Translations under genes and position numbers: made by a program
Origin: Octopus bimaculoides
Lineage: Eukaryota
Direction of reading: 5' to 3'
NCBI RefSeq assembly: GCF_001194135.2
Contig: NC_068984.1
Span: 76,221,112-76,285,111 of the forward strand
DNA: 64,000 nt
In this document: piece after piece, positions 13,091 through 25,972 of the stretch
Layout: every line of letters begins with the position of its first letter
Numbering within the stretch: position 1 is the stretch's first letter
The notes under the pieces: model-generated
The model's database searches: none
What the model was told of the DNA's origin: nothing
The model's input: only the letters and a program-made list of their open reading frames with translations

Positions 13091-14851
13091 TTGGGCCAAA
13101 TGCTTTGCTGTATTTCTTCAAGCTCTTCATCTTCTGTGTTCTAATCCTACCAGGGTCATCTTTGCCTTTCATCTCTCTTGGGTTGATAAACTAAAGTACA
13201 AGTCAAGTACTAAGTTCAACATTAAACACTCCTTCATCAACCCAAAAGGAATGGTGTATTTGACTTAAGCAAAACTAAGTTATGCCCTAAAAATTTCTGT
13301 CCTTATGTCTGTGTTAGAAACGGTGATTATTTACATAAAATTATTTTATTCTTCTCTTCACCAAAAGGTTATAGTTGCAATTAGCTTAGTAGGATTTCCA
13401 ATATTGTTACAAAGGCCACAATTTATGAGGAAGGCACAACTAATTAAATGGAACCAGTATCTAAGTTATTTTATCAGTTTTGTTGCACGTCTCTGCTCTG
13501 GTCATTAATACCAAACTCTGCTTTCTTATACTTCAGGCTGTTTTTATTTTTCATAGCTACAATGACTATTGCAATGCAATTGTTTTAGTCCCAACACATG
13601 ATCTCAGTTCAGTTCACTTACCAAATGAGCACAACTCAGATATTTAGCTATTTTCTTTTATACTCTTTATTTCTCAACATGAACTATTTTTTAATAAACT
13701 TAATGACTTGATACAAACTTCTACTTAAACAAAGCAATTCTTTAGATAATACATTTTAATATCCCACTCTGTCAAAATATTTCTTTCTTTTCAATAACAC
13801 AATTCAAGAAGCAGATGGTCATATTGTGATTTGTATTTTAGATGTCTATGAGACGCATTATTTTAGAAACAAATGAAATAGTATTTTTTCCCCCCACTGT
13901 CTACTTCACAATATGAACAGTCCTGAAATACAGCTGCATCACTTTCATTATTATAATCATCATCAACACAATATGACTGCTTAGGAATGTTTCTTTTCAA
14001 TTTCATTCCTGTTTCAGTAGGTTTGTTCATTTGTCATCGTTTGAACTATATGACATTGTGAACACTTCAAGACTGCATAATATTGTTTCCATTTGTATTT
14101 GGTGGTAATTTGTAGTGTTTTAGTAATCCCAATATTTCTAGCGGTAAACTTAACTTAGTGGAGTTCACTCTGTTGCAAGTATTCAGACCAGTATGAGATG
14201 TTTTAGCACAACTGTTATGGCTCCATCCATTTAGCATCACTGATTCAATATTGATTCATTTCACAGCTTACGTTTTAATCTCTCTCTTTCTGTTTACATG
14301 TATGAGCATATTTCTCCAAGTGTGTGTGTGTGTGTGTGTTTGCTTGCTTTCAGTGCCAAAAAGTACTGTTGTGAAAAAAAGGTTCAGTGTCCAGTCAGCC
14401 ATGCCAAATTGCCAGTATCCAAAGCAGCCATGCCCAGCCATCTCATTCTGCTGATCTGCTTGGTTCTTTTGACATAAACTATATCAGTTTCATTATACAC
14501 CTTCTCCTTTTACTAACTGTTGTGTTTCACTCATTTAGAAAATATATTGAATGTTCATAACCACAAGTTACACAACTCATTTCCTAGCATCATCCTCCCC
14601 GTGCATAGTAGTATCACCCCCTTTTCTGGCTGCCAGCACATTCATCTTTCATCTCATGAGTTCCACATGGTTGCACAAGACTTCTCTTGAGAGTTCTATA
14701 CATATACATATCAGAGTATCAAAATCAGCAACCCAATGCAACTCATATTATTCCTCTTCAAACATTTTAGCTTTTTACATCCTGCACTTCATCTCAGTTG
14801 AGGACTTGATGAAATTTTCATGTTTAATCTTCAACAGCACACCTAGCATTG

Positions 14852-15931
14852 TCAATAATACGCTGCCCCCACTTCTTCTATAACTCTGGTGTTGGTGTCG
14901 TGCCTAGTCTGGGGACTTGATATGGTCGCACCATCACTGTTAGGCATCCTTGCAAACTCAGCGTGAACCATTGTTCTAGGTGTTGTGCTCAATTTTGGTT
15001 CTGATTCCCATGTGTTTAGCAGGGCCAGTTGCTCAACTGCTACTAACTGCAGTGTGCAACCCTCCTTCTTAATCCATGCTGTATTCTTTCCAGCATGAAT
15101 CACATCTTTTGCTTTGGATGCAACTTTGTCGAATATGATTTTGTGTACTACATCCTCACCTATTTCAAAGAATGGGTTTACAGCAACCGTCAATGGTCTT
15201 TTCATTAACTTTTCGGATGGTGATAATTTATGACTACCCAAGGAACTCCAATGGTTGAACAGAATTTTGTTCAAGTAATTGCCAAAATTCCTTGTCTTCA
15301 AATCAAAATGATTCTGTACAGCTTCCACAGTTTGTACAGCCCTTTCAACAGTGCCATTAGATGCTGGACTGTGAACAGGTGTCTCAATTATTCTGCAACC
15401 TATTGATGACAACATATTCTTTGATGCAACAAATTCAGGCCCAATGTTCGATACTAAAGCTGTAGGCACACCATAACGAATGAAGACCTCAAGCAGCTTG
15501 CTTTTTACCACCTCAGTCAAGCAATTAAGATACAAGCGGGCTTCGATCAATGTTGAATAGGCATCTACAATTACAAGTATGTTACCAATGTTTGGAACAT
15601 ATGCCCAATTCATATGCACACATTCCCAGGGCCCAGAAATAGGCCATGAATCATTTGCGTTTACTAAATTTGGCCTAAATCTCTGGCAACTATCACAAGA
15701 TTTGACAAACTTCTCTGCCGAGTAAGCCAACTCAGGCCACCAAACACAGAGTCGTGCCTCCTTAATTGTTTGTTGAATGCCCATGTCTGTGTCATGTAGT
15801 TTAGTTATTACTGTGGCTCTATAAGGTGCTGGAATAAACAGACGATTTTTATGATATATTAAGCCATTTTCGCATGTTAGAAAATCCTTTGCTTTAACAA
15901 ATGCACTTCCCAGATTTAAGATCATCTCCAA
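14852..15931 (-). mobile_element. Gypsy/Ty3-type integrase ORF (359 codons), catalytically degenerate
   Basis: HHCC-like zinc finger LHDTDMG...WWP...CDSC; core motifs PWECVHMNW, LVIVDAYS, VSNIGPEF and SNGTVERAVQT; purine-rich PPT-like AGAAGAAGTGGGGCAG at the 3' end. No RT, RNase H or LTR pair is visible. Confidence 0.9.
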
Positions 15932-16277
15932 TTTTGCTGTAAATTCTTTCTTTTATTTTGTTATATAATGCATTTGCATTTACACTAATCCCTCACCATA
16001 TCGCGGTTTATTATTTAAGCTTACGTCGATCCTTTCATGGTGTTTGTTTTGCATTTATAATAAAATAAATATATACAGATTATAAAAATACAAAAAAAAT
16101 ATACAGTACTGTTTTTACTTCATGGATTTTCACCTATCACGGTGAGGTTTGGAATGTAACACCCACAATAGTCGAGGGATTACTATAGTTGTTTTTGAAT
16201 GCCTTCCATCATTACATGGTCAATGTCCTGCTACACACTGTTGCATTTGTCTAAATGCGAAGCAAAGAAAATTATAT

Positions 16278-16405
16278 CATCATCATCATCATCGTTTAAC
16301 GTCCGCTTTCCATGCTAGCATGGATTGGACGATTTGACTGAGGACTGATGAACCAGATGGCTAAACCAGGCTCCAATCTGATTTGGCAGTTTCTACAGCT
16401 GCACC
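16278..16405 (-). mobile_element. RTE-tail SINE-like repeat, truncated next to the Penelope-like element
   Basis: (CAT)n-CGTTTAACGTCCGCTTTCCATGCTAGCATGG..., near-identical to 61583-61730 and to the reverse complement of 28700-28830. Confidence 0.85.
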
Positions 16406-16474
16406 ATCGTTAATACAGTTCTATAATTAAGAGATTTGGTTTGACAGATATTTGTCCTCATCTTTTTTGTTCTT

Positions 16475-16517
16475 CACACGTTTCGGCTGATATACCCTCC
16501 AGCCTTCATCAGGTGTC
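16475..16517 (-). ncRNA. Minimal (Penelope-type) hammerhead ribozyme core, decayed copy
   Basis: GACAC-CUGAUGA-A-GGCUG(GAGGGUAUAU)CAGCC-GAAAC-GU-GUG. CUGAUGA 16506-16512, GAAAC 16480-16484, 5-bp stem II. The cleavage-site nucleotide appears deleted. Confidence 0.75.
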
Positions 16518-16591
16518 TTGGGGAAATTTTGAACCTGGGTTCTCATTCCTAAGGTATTTTTTGATATTATTATTATTATTATTATTATTCA

Positions 16592-16665
16592 GGTCACTGC
16601 CTGGAATCGAACTCGGAATCTTGGGGTTAGTAGCCTGCGCTCTTAACCACTACGCCATATGCCCA
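16592..16665 (-). promoter_or_regulatory. tRNA-like segment with Pol III A and B boxes inside the Penelope-like 3' region
   Basis: GGGCATATGGCGTAGTGGTTAAGAGCGCAGGCTACTAACCCCAAGATTCCGAGTTCGATTCCAGGCAGTGACC. A-box 16647-16657, B-box 16603-16614. The stems pair poorly, so it is not called a tRNA gene. Confidence 0.75.
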
Positions 16666-18335
16666 TGGGCATTTATAGAGTGAATTTTAGGGCTTATAAA
16701 TCTAATATTTTCCTATCCTTCCTTAATACCGGTTCTCATATGCTATTTGTATCTGCACTCGGTCGGCTTAGGAGGTTGTTGTGTCCTAGCATATGTGCTA
16801 CTTCTTTTAGTTTTCGTATTTTCCAGTGGTGTTCTCTGTCTATTATTTTAACTTCATCCCACAGGGGGAGGGGGTCTCCATTTTTCCATATATGATCAGC
16901 TATACCTGATTTATCAATATCTCCTCGTGTCACAGCTTTGCGATGTTCCTCTGCCCATATTTTGAGGGGTTGGCATGTTTCGCCTCTGTACAACCAACCA
17001 CAGCTGCATGGGATGGAGTACACACAGTTTGATGCATTGTTGGGACTATAATGTCTATTGTTGAGAATGGACAACGAAAAATATTGTTGAAACTTTTTTC
17101 TTTTTTTCTAGAATACCTTCAGATGTTTTCCACTCTTAGAAATATAAGTTTGAGTTATAATCACTATGAATTACCAAATTAGTAATTTAATTAAGTTTTC
17201 AATTTATACATCTTTTGGGGACAAAAATGCAGTTTGGAAGTATAAAAGGTTCAGACTTCTAGAACAATTGCAAATCCTTGAACTATAGAAAGTATACCAG
17301 GAAACATCATTCACTCCCATTAAGTTATACACAGTTCCTACCATATATTTCATTTTTAAGAGTTGACTTGTTTAATTTATCTATTTACATTTAAAAGATT
17401 GGGTGGGGGTTGTAATAATGTTTTTGGATAAAGTTAGAACACAGATTAATGTCGTTTTTGTTTGTTTTTCTTTTTCCATTTTTTCATGTTCATATCACTT
17501 TCTAAAGACTTTAGATGAGAGTTTTCATAAAATGTTGTTCTAACAGAAATCTAATAGTTTGGATAATCATAATATTCTTTGAAAACTAAGTATTGGTTTC
17601 CAAATACTTAAAGTTTAAATAGCAGTGTTATTTTACATCCACTTTATTTACATTTTTTTAATATTCTCCCACTTTCTTCATATTTTCAAATAAATTTATT
17701 ATCTATCCACTCAAACACGAATAAAATCTAGTAATGTAACTTCTGTATTCAACAAGATTCGTTAAATTTATCTCAAATGATATATGTCTAAATTACCAAA
17801 TTAAAAAAAATTTTGAAAGTTATTTTCATGTTCATATTTCAAATCACCAGTAAAAGATGTTATGCAAATAAATTTAAAATTCCAATACTTAGAAATTAAT
17901 ATTTTTAGTTAAATTCCTTGAAATCTTCTTGGAAAGTAACTGTTATCTTGTCATAAAAATGTAGTTAGTTGATTCTGACCTCAATATCAATAACTTCAGT
18001 TTACTTATGTAAATTAGTTTTTAATATGATTTGGCTAATAAGTAGATTATTTTGTAATAAGTAAATTATTTTACAATTGCTTATGTATTCTTTTTTTTTT
18101 TTTTGTACTGTAAAGTATAACTTTTTTAGTTTATCTTCAGTCAGATAACTGCACTATGTTTGCTTTTTTTTTTTAGTAACAGAATTAATTATTAGTAATT
18201 TTTGGAACATCAGATAAATTGTCTCACAGTATTTATTTTGGTTCTTATATTCTGTATTCAAATCTTGCCTAAGTCAATTTTCCCTGTTATTCACTCTCCC
18301 AAATTTAAGATGTTGTGTCTATGTTACAAACATCA

Positions 18336-18545
18336 GTGAGCTGGCAGAACTGTTAGCATGCTGGGTAAAATGCTTAATGACATTTTACCCATCTGCATGT
18401 TCTGAGTTCAAATTCCACTGAGGTCAACTTTGCTTTTCATGCTTTCGAATTTGATAAGATAAGTACCAGTTGAACACTGGGGTCGATGTAAACAACTCAT
18501 CCCCTTCCCTGAAATGGCTGCCCTTGTGACAAAATTTGAAACCAC

Positions 18546-18593
<48 letters not shown>

Positions 18594-19411
18594 TTTTACT
18601 ATTATTATTCAGGCGGCAAACTGGCAGAATTGTTAGCACACTGGGCAAAATGCTTGGCAGTATTTTGTCTACCACTATGTTCTCAGTTCAAATTCCTCCA
18701 AGGTCAACTTTGCCTTTCATCCTTTTGAGGTTGATAAAATAAGGACTTGTGAAACACTGGGGTCAATGTAATCAATTAGTCCCCTCCTACCAAATTCAAG
18801 GCCTTGTGCCTCCAGTAAAAAAGGATTATTATTATTATTATTATTATTATTATTTCTAATTTAAGGTGGCGAGCTGGCAGAATCATTCATTAGTGCACTG
18901 GGCAAAATGCTTAGTGGCATTTTGTCCATCCTTACATTCTGAGTTCAAATTCTGATGAGGTTGACTTTGCCTTTCATCCTTTCAGGATCAATAAAATGAG
19001 TACCAGTTGAGCACTGGGGTTAATGTAATCAACTAGACCCCTCCCACAAAATTTCAGGGCTTGTGCCTATAGTAGAAAGGATTATTATTATTTCTAATTT
19101 AAACACGTGGCCAAAAGTTTGGAGAGGAAGGAGTTAGTCGATTACATCAGCCTCAATACTTGAATGCTACTTTATTTTATCACCCTCAAAAGGATGAAAA
19201 GTGAAGTTGATTTTGGTGGGATTTGAACTCCAAACATTAACAGTCAGAAGAAATATCACAAACTTTGTCTGGCACTCTAATAGTTCTACCAGTCTACTAC
19301 CCTATAATGATATTTCTAACTTAGACATGAGGTCTGTAGTTCTGAAAGTTGAGTCTTAGATGATTTATTCAGCCCCAGTACTAAACACTGATACTTTATT
19401 TTATTGATCCC

Positions 19412-19459
<48 letters not shown>

Positions 19460-19665
19460 CCTTTCTACTAAAGGCATAAGGCTTGAAATTTGTAGGGATG
19501 GGACTAGTCGATTACATTAACCCCAGTGTTTCATTGGTACTCAATTTATCAATCCTGAAAGGATGAAAGGCAAAGTCGACCTCGACAGAATTTAAACTCA
19601 GAACATAGTGATGGGCAAAATATTGCTAAGCATATCAGTCAGCATGCTAATGATTTTGCAAGCCC
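18336..19665. mobile_element. Cluster of six SINEs (GGCGAGCTGGCAGAA...GAGTTCAAATTCC family): three forward, three reverse, separated by (ATT)n/(AAT)n
   Basis: Forward copies at about 18336-18546, 18610-18826 and 18861-19080; reverse copies at about 19105-19290, 19300-19410 (partial) and 19459-19665. Other copies at about 8480, 11930, 12390, 22620, 27190, 43155, 43532(-), 44280(-) and 51705. Confidence 0.85.
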
Positions 19666-20899
19666 ACAATAGAAATAAGAAGACTAGAAGAAATCATAAT
19701 ATGGTATTTGTAGCAAACTTTAAAAAACTGGGTAGAACAGACACTTGTCATACTGTCCAGAACTAAATTTCAGTGAAATTTAGTTCTGGATATTCTGCTC
19801 TTTTATTTATTACTAGCACTACCATTTTAAAGAAGATTAAATCTTTGGATCAACCTTCCTGATAGTTATGTCTGTCGATTTCTCCATATGTTACTCTTAT
19901 CTGCAATTAAGTTTTCAGAATATAAAGATAACATCATTACTGGTGAGTAGTGCCAGTCATTATCAACAGACCACTTTTCATTGTTACCATGTTAAAGAAC
20001 AAACCAACCAGACCACATTTATTACACATACCTTCTTCTCTTGCATCATTTCCTTTCTCTCTCTCTCTCTCTTTGTCTGTTTCTCTCTCTCTCTCCTGCA
20101 GACACACAATGTAAACTCTATAAAGATGAAAATACACTGTTTATGATATGTTAGGTGTTAAGATTATTGATGTAATATAAATTGTATTAAATTCACATGA
20201 AGTTATATGCACAAATGTATGCATCATAATTGTTTTAACGCCTATTTTTTTTGTATATTGATATCTGTTAGACATAATATCAATTTCATATGGAAAAAAT
20301 GTTCACACACAAACACACACAGAGTACAACATTTTTATATGTATCTCAGTTTTTTACCCTAAGGCTTAATATTACTCAATCATATCTAACTACTTACTAA
20401 CTCTTTCTTAGTTTGTCTTGACTACAAGTATCTGTCCCTGCCACCACCACCATCACTATATCATCACATCTCATTAATCAAATCTATTTGATTCTTGGTC
20501 TCTTACTCCACTCATTTCTGCTCAGATTTTCTGTTTGGTCATACTGTTCATCAAGTATCAAATGTATATTGGCAAAAGATGTAAATATCAACAAAGAAAT
20601 TGAAAAAAAAACTGGTGCTTTGGAGTAGAATTCTTTGTATTTTGATCCACTTGAGTTGCACAGACAAACCCGTCATTCTTGGCATGTTATAAGAAATGAG
20701 TTGCTCATTGGAAATGTATAACAAACATTATTGTTAACCAAATGTGATATAAAATTAAGAAGAATGAGAAAGAACTCATGGTGTCCCAAAGCAGTTAAGT
20801 ATCTTCTACATACTTTCTGTCCCATTATTGGATATATTGTATAAAACTAGCTGTCAGTACTCTTTCTTCCAGTGAGTTATATGAATGGGGGTCTTTATT

Positions 20900-22470
20900 T
20901 ATTTCAAAGCTACTCACACTTCTTAGCTCTCCAAATTTTTTGATGTAGGCAATGCTTGTGAAACCTGTCTTTTCACATCTTCTGATCTATTTGCAACTAT
21001 ACTACCAAGAAACTGAAACTCTCTTACATGTTCTACTTTTGAAACATCTCACTGGATAATTTCATTGTTATGTGAGTGGATCTTGCATTTCACACTATTT
21101 ATTTTCACATTTCAGTTTTCACTGACTTTGTCTAACTGTTTGCTGAACACTTTCAAGTTGTCAAAGACCATGAATATTAGGGTTATGTCATCAGTATGTC
21201 CACTGTTTATGGATAAGGAGTCAGTAAGTGCTAGATTGTTATCTGGGTCTAAAGTTCCCTCATGTTTAAGATGTTGAAAAGTGTGGCAGAGGCATGCAAT
21301 TATGTCTCACACAAATGCATGCATCAAATGAATCCATCAACTGACCATTCTTGATCAGTCTCACTTAGTACCTATATTATTTGCACTATCTTGGGGTTCT
21401 ACACTTATTGTTGTTGTCATTTTCTATAAGGTCTTCCTCAAGATCATGTTGAAGCTTTAAAGATAATGAAGTTGAAATGTAAAGACACTTGATGTTCTCT
21501 TACTCTTTCAATGATCTGTTTGACTTTAGAAATGGCATTGAAAGTGCCTCCTCCACTTAGTCTGAAACCTAACTGATTCTTCCCCATTGCTTCTTCTGTT
21601 TTACTTTTTATTCAGTCAGGGAGGATTCTACAGAACACTTTTTCTAGTATTGATAAGAGAGGGATCGCCTTGTAGTTCTCTGGATTTTACATGTCACTCT
21701 TTTTATATGTTGGAGTTACTGGTATATGGTTCCAACCTTTTACTGTCTTTTCTGTTTTCCAAACTATATTGAATATTACATAGAACATGTTAATCATGTG
21801 CTCACCTCCTGCTTTTAGTACTTCATCACTGATGGCATCTATTCTAGGGACTTCATGGTTTTTCATTCTTTTTATTGCTTTTTTCTATTTCATATTTTGT
21901 TATTTCTGTGCAAGTATCTACATCAGATGAACCATCCAGGATTTCTGATATTGCCTCTTCATTGTGTAGCAATTGAGTGTTAAAATGTTGTACAAAATTA
22001 TCTTTCCATTATTGGAAAACTGCAGCTGTGTATGTACGTATGTTACATTCTTTATTTTTGATTGTGCTGTATGTTTTCTGCTCTTTCCCTCCATTTCATA
22101 AATGGACTTGAAAACATTGTGACTGTTATTGTTCTTGAAATTGCCTTCTAGTAGTTTTGTTTTGTCATGTAGGTTCTTGTTCTTTTGTATTTTGACTTCT
22201 GTTTTGACTGCTTTGTTCGTATGAGTTGTTCAATGTTCCTGTTCTGGTTTTTCACCTTTATTCACAGTCTGCCACTGTTTCTTATGAGAGCCCTGTCATT
22301 TTCCTTTTTTCCTTTTTTTTTTTTTTTTTTTTTGTTCCTAAGCTTCCACGTGGACAGTCTCTACTGTTATTTCATGTTTTTCCTTTGAAATACGCATACA
22401 CCTTGCCTATTGTCATCTGTTTTGAGCACGTTAGGAGGTGCAGTGCAAGATGTAATGGGTTAGGAGGTTC
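20900..22470 (-). mobile_element. Degraded RTE-clade LINE, reverse transcriptase region
   Basis: Manual minus-strand translation gives TKYEIEKAIKRMKNHEVPRIDAISDEVLKAGG, NYKAISLLSILEKVF, GFRLSGG..FNAISKVKQIIERVREH and a HTDD RT-like motif; many stops and frameshifts. Confidence 0.8.
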
Positions 22471-23334
22471 ATTACACTGCCTCACTGTATTATTGGCAAT
22501 TTCATTTACATTTGTGAAGGTATATGGCTTAGTGGTTAGGGTATTCAGCTCACAATTGTAAGGTTGTGAGTTCAATACTCAGTGGCATATTGTATCCTTG
22601 AGCAAGACACTGTATTTTGTTAGGTGGTGAGCTGGAAGAATTGTTAGCATGTCAGGCAAAATGCTTAGCAGCATTTCATCTGTCATTACATTCTGAGTTC
22701 AAATTCTGCTGAGGTTGACTGCCTTTCATCCTTTAGGGATCAATAAAATAAGTTCCATTCACTTTGTCTGACAGTGTCTGTTCAGGTTGTGACTTCACAT
22801 TCGTGCTTTCTTTATTGTTATGCTTAAGTAGTCACAATTATAATTCTGATCTCTTATCCAGCAGAAACCATCTTGAGTCTTAAATAATCTTAATTCTTTA
22901 GTTCATTAACTTCTAGGTCAACACCTTCCCAATAATAAAACCATATTCTTTATTAGAATATAATGGAAAAAGAAAAGAAATGTTTATTTTTAGAATGTGA
23001 TAGAGAACAGTAACTATTCATTATTCAAAAACTAAATATCTATCAATTTTTAAATCTTGTATAATTTATATGTAGTCATCCATATAAGTCAGGAGAAAAA
23101 AATATGCACTTATGTATTTGTTAATAGTGGGGGTATATTTATCAAAGTATCCAGTATTGTAGATTCATTTCAGCCAATCTTACTAATTGGTTTTGCACAT
23201 AACCAGATAAAAGATCAGAGCACATATTACTTAAATATGCTAATATCTAACATCTGGTTATCTAATACCTTTGCAAAACCAGTTGGTAACATTGGCTGCA
23301 ATAGATTTATAGTGTGTGTGTGTGTGTGTGTGTG

Positions 23335-23720
23335 TTGGGCTGGGTGTGGCTAAAAAGCCTGCTTTCCAGCCATATAGTTTCAGGTTCAATCCCATTGCAT
23401 GGCACCTTGGACAAGCGTCTTCTGTAACCCCAAACTAACCAAAGCCTTGTAGGTGGATTTTGTAGATGGAAACTGAAAGAGGCCCATTATGTGTGTGTGT
23501 GTTGTTTCATTAACTTCACCCCATGTAATTGTTGTAAATAAATGTTATTTAGTTTCAATATTCTCCAAAAACGTATCTGACCAAAAGGGGAATATTACTT
23601 CGCTTGGAAACAGGTAAAGGTTAGTGACAGGAAGGACACCTGGCTGTAGAAAATCTGCTTCAGTAAACTTTATCCAACCAATGCAAGCCATGGAAAAGTG
23701 GAGATTAAAACAGTGATGAT
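23335..23720 (+). mobile_element. CORE-like SINE with RTE-type tail
   Basis: GGTTCAATCCCATTGCATGGCACCTTGGACAAG...GGAAAAGTGGAGATTAAAACAGTGATGATGAC. Confidence 0.8.
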
Positions 23721-25972
23721 GACAATGATATGTGTGTGTGTGTGTAACGAAAAATTTTCAAGTTGGCTGGAAAGGCAAACTATCTGTGACACATAGTTAT
23801 GATGTTTAGCCACACAGTTTTTGTACATCCATTCAAAGCAACAAATGTCACAGTGACAAAAGAATAGGAAATTCAATTGATTTATTACAATAACTTTTTC
23901 TTTGAAAAGAAACCAAATTTCATTGATTTTTAAATCCTGTTTTCCTTGTACATGTGAATAAATTGGATCATTCCAAGTCAGCTGATTCTTGTTTTCCCTT
24001 ATCTTTATTTTGCCATTCCCAGTATATTTATTATATTTATTCTGAAAGACAGCAAAGCCCTCAAATGCTGTAGAGGCATCATTTCAAATTTGATATTCCT
24101 CTCACATGTATAGGAAGCCCATNNNNNNNNNNNNNNNNNNNNNNNNNNNNNNNNNNNNNNNNNNNNNNNNNNNNNNNNNNNNNNNNNNNNNNNNNNNNNN
24201 NNNNNNNNNNNNNNNNNNNNNNATAAATACGCGCGCGCACACACACATACACACTTTACTCTTTGAATTAAAAGAACTCTTTCTCAATGTTCTTTGCAAT
24301 TCAATTATTCAAGCATGAAGTTTTGCTGAGACAGCATTACTGATAAATATGAAAGGACTTACAGCTTTGCTGAATTACTTCAAAAAAACATATATACATT
24401 GTTGCGGGTACGGTGACAAGGTTGCTTTGTTACAACATGGTCTCAAAGTTCTATCTCACTATATCACACCTTGGCCAAGACTCTTTTACTGTAGACTGAG
24501 GCCAACAAATGCTTTGTGAGTGAAATTAGCAGATGAAAATGTATGGAAACTTGTTCTCTCTTTATGTGTGGTTGCCATATTTAACAGGTTGAATTACCTC
24601 ATAGAGGCTCTTCTATCATGAAGTGATGAAATAAATGGTTTGTATTAAGGTTGTTCAATCAGTATTAGGTATTTTATCATCTAAGTCTTATTATATTTCT
24701 ATTTTACTTCCCAAATTGTTCTGAAGTCTTCTGGCATTGAAAACTTTAACTGGGATACAGGAGACATTTATTTATGCAAGAAACATTTTTGTTGCTTTTT
24801 TTCTTCTTTTTCTTTTTATTTATTTATTTATTTTTGTAACATTTTTCAACGATCTCTTCCCTCTATGGAGTAGAAATATCATTTATATTATTACTATCAA
24901 TATTAGTTATATTTCAAAAATTGCCCACAATCCGAGATGAGAAGAACTTTGTCTGACTCTTTATCTATTATTTGCCTATATTTCAGTTTCTCTCTCCCTG
25001 TCTATATCTCTGTTGGCCTGCTAATAAATAAGCAGATTAACATAGGAAATAGCGAGATAGAGGCAGAGAGAAACACATACATACAAGCAAATATTGTCTG
25101 TCTTTCACACACATACACAACTGAACAGGGATATCAACAGATCCTAAGTCATTTCCTCTTTATAAGCCTAAGCATAAAACAGTGATCAGTCACTAACCCC
25201 ACCCGTTGTTTATATATATGTGTGTGTGTCTGTGTCTGTGTGTGTGTGTGTGTGTTTATATGTATGTTACATGTATAGGCACACTCAGACACACTCACAC
25301 CCACACAGTGTAATGAAAACTATCTCCAGCTTTGTGCTAAACCAAAGGAGCTCATTAATAATTCATATCACATATTACTCACTCTTCTCTCATACAACAC
25401 TCATGCTGGTTTCTGTGTGTGTGTGTGTGTGTATATATATCCATCACATTTTTTCTCTATCTTTTTTTATTTTTGTTAGTTTTTGTTATATAATGTTGAT
25501 TTTTTATATGTTTTTTTTTTTTTTTTTGTTCACAAGTAATTGTTTTAAACACTTAAAAAATTTCATTTTATAAATGAAAGTGCAGTGCACATGACCTTTG
25601 CAAGGCCCCAGTTTCAAACTGGTGTGATCAATGGCACTGGAGGTTCAGTGTTAACGTTAGCAAGCCTCGATGTCTGCAGGAAAAAGTACCATCTGAGAAG
25701 GGGACCTTCTGCCACATCAGACAGAGGCTTGCCTTTCTGAGAAAGAAAAACTGAGGTATGCAGAGCTTGGGAGATGGGATTTGGTGAGGAGAGATCAATA
25801 TCTACAGGAAGACATTCATTGAGTTGGATCTCAGAAGCACTTAATATGAATGCAAGTAGCAGGAATGAATTCCACTAAATTTATAATACCTTCAAATTAT
25901 AAAGTTATCTTGTCATGACATTCATAATGTATACTGTGTTGATAATATCTCTTCCTTCACTCATATATATAT

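Larger units (their letters stand above)
16421..17074 (-). mobile_element. 5'-truncated Penelope-like retroelement: GIY-YIG endonuclease C-terminus plus 3' region
   Basis: VYSIPCSCGWLYRGET...EEHRKA...SGIADH...RKLKE. A premature TGA sits at 16736-16738 and the frame continues EPVLRKDRKILDL to TAA at 16694-16696. The hammerhead core downstream is typical of Penelope-like elements. Confidence 0.85.

Noticed and set aside
15960-16100. Possible PBS (TGGTGAGGGA on the minus strand) and LTR upstream of the integrase
   Set aside because: No matching second LTR after the PPT-like tract, so an LTR structure cannot be supported.
17112-17190. Strong acceptor CTTTTTTCTTTTTTTCTAG next to the Penelope fragment
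   Set aside because: No good donor follows, and the phase-2 frame hits a stop after nine codons.
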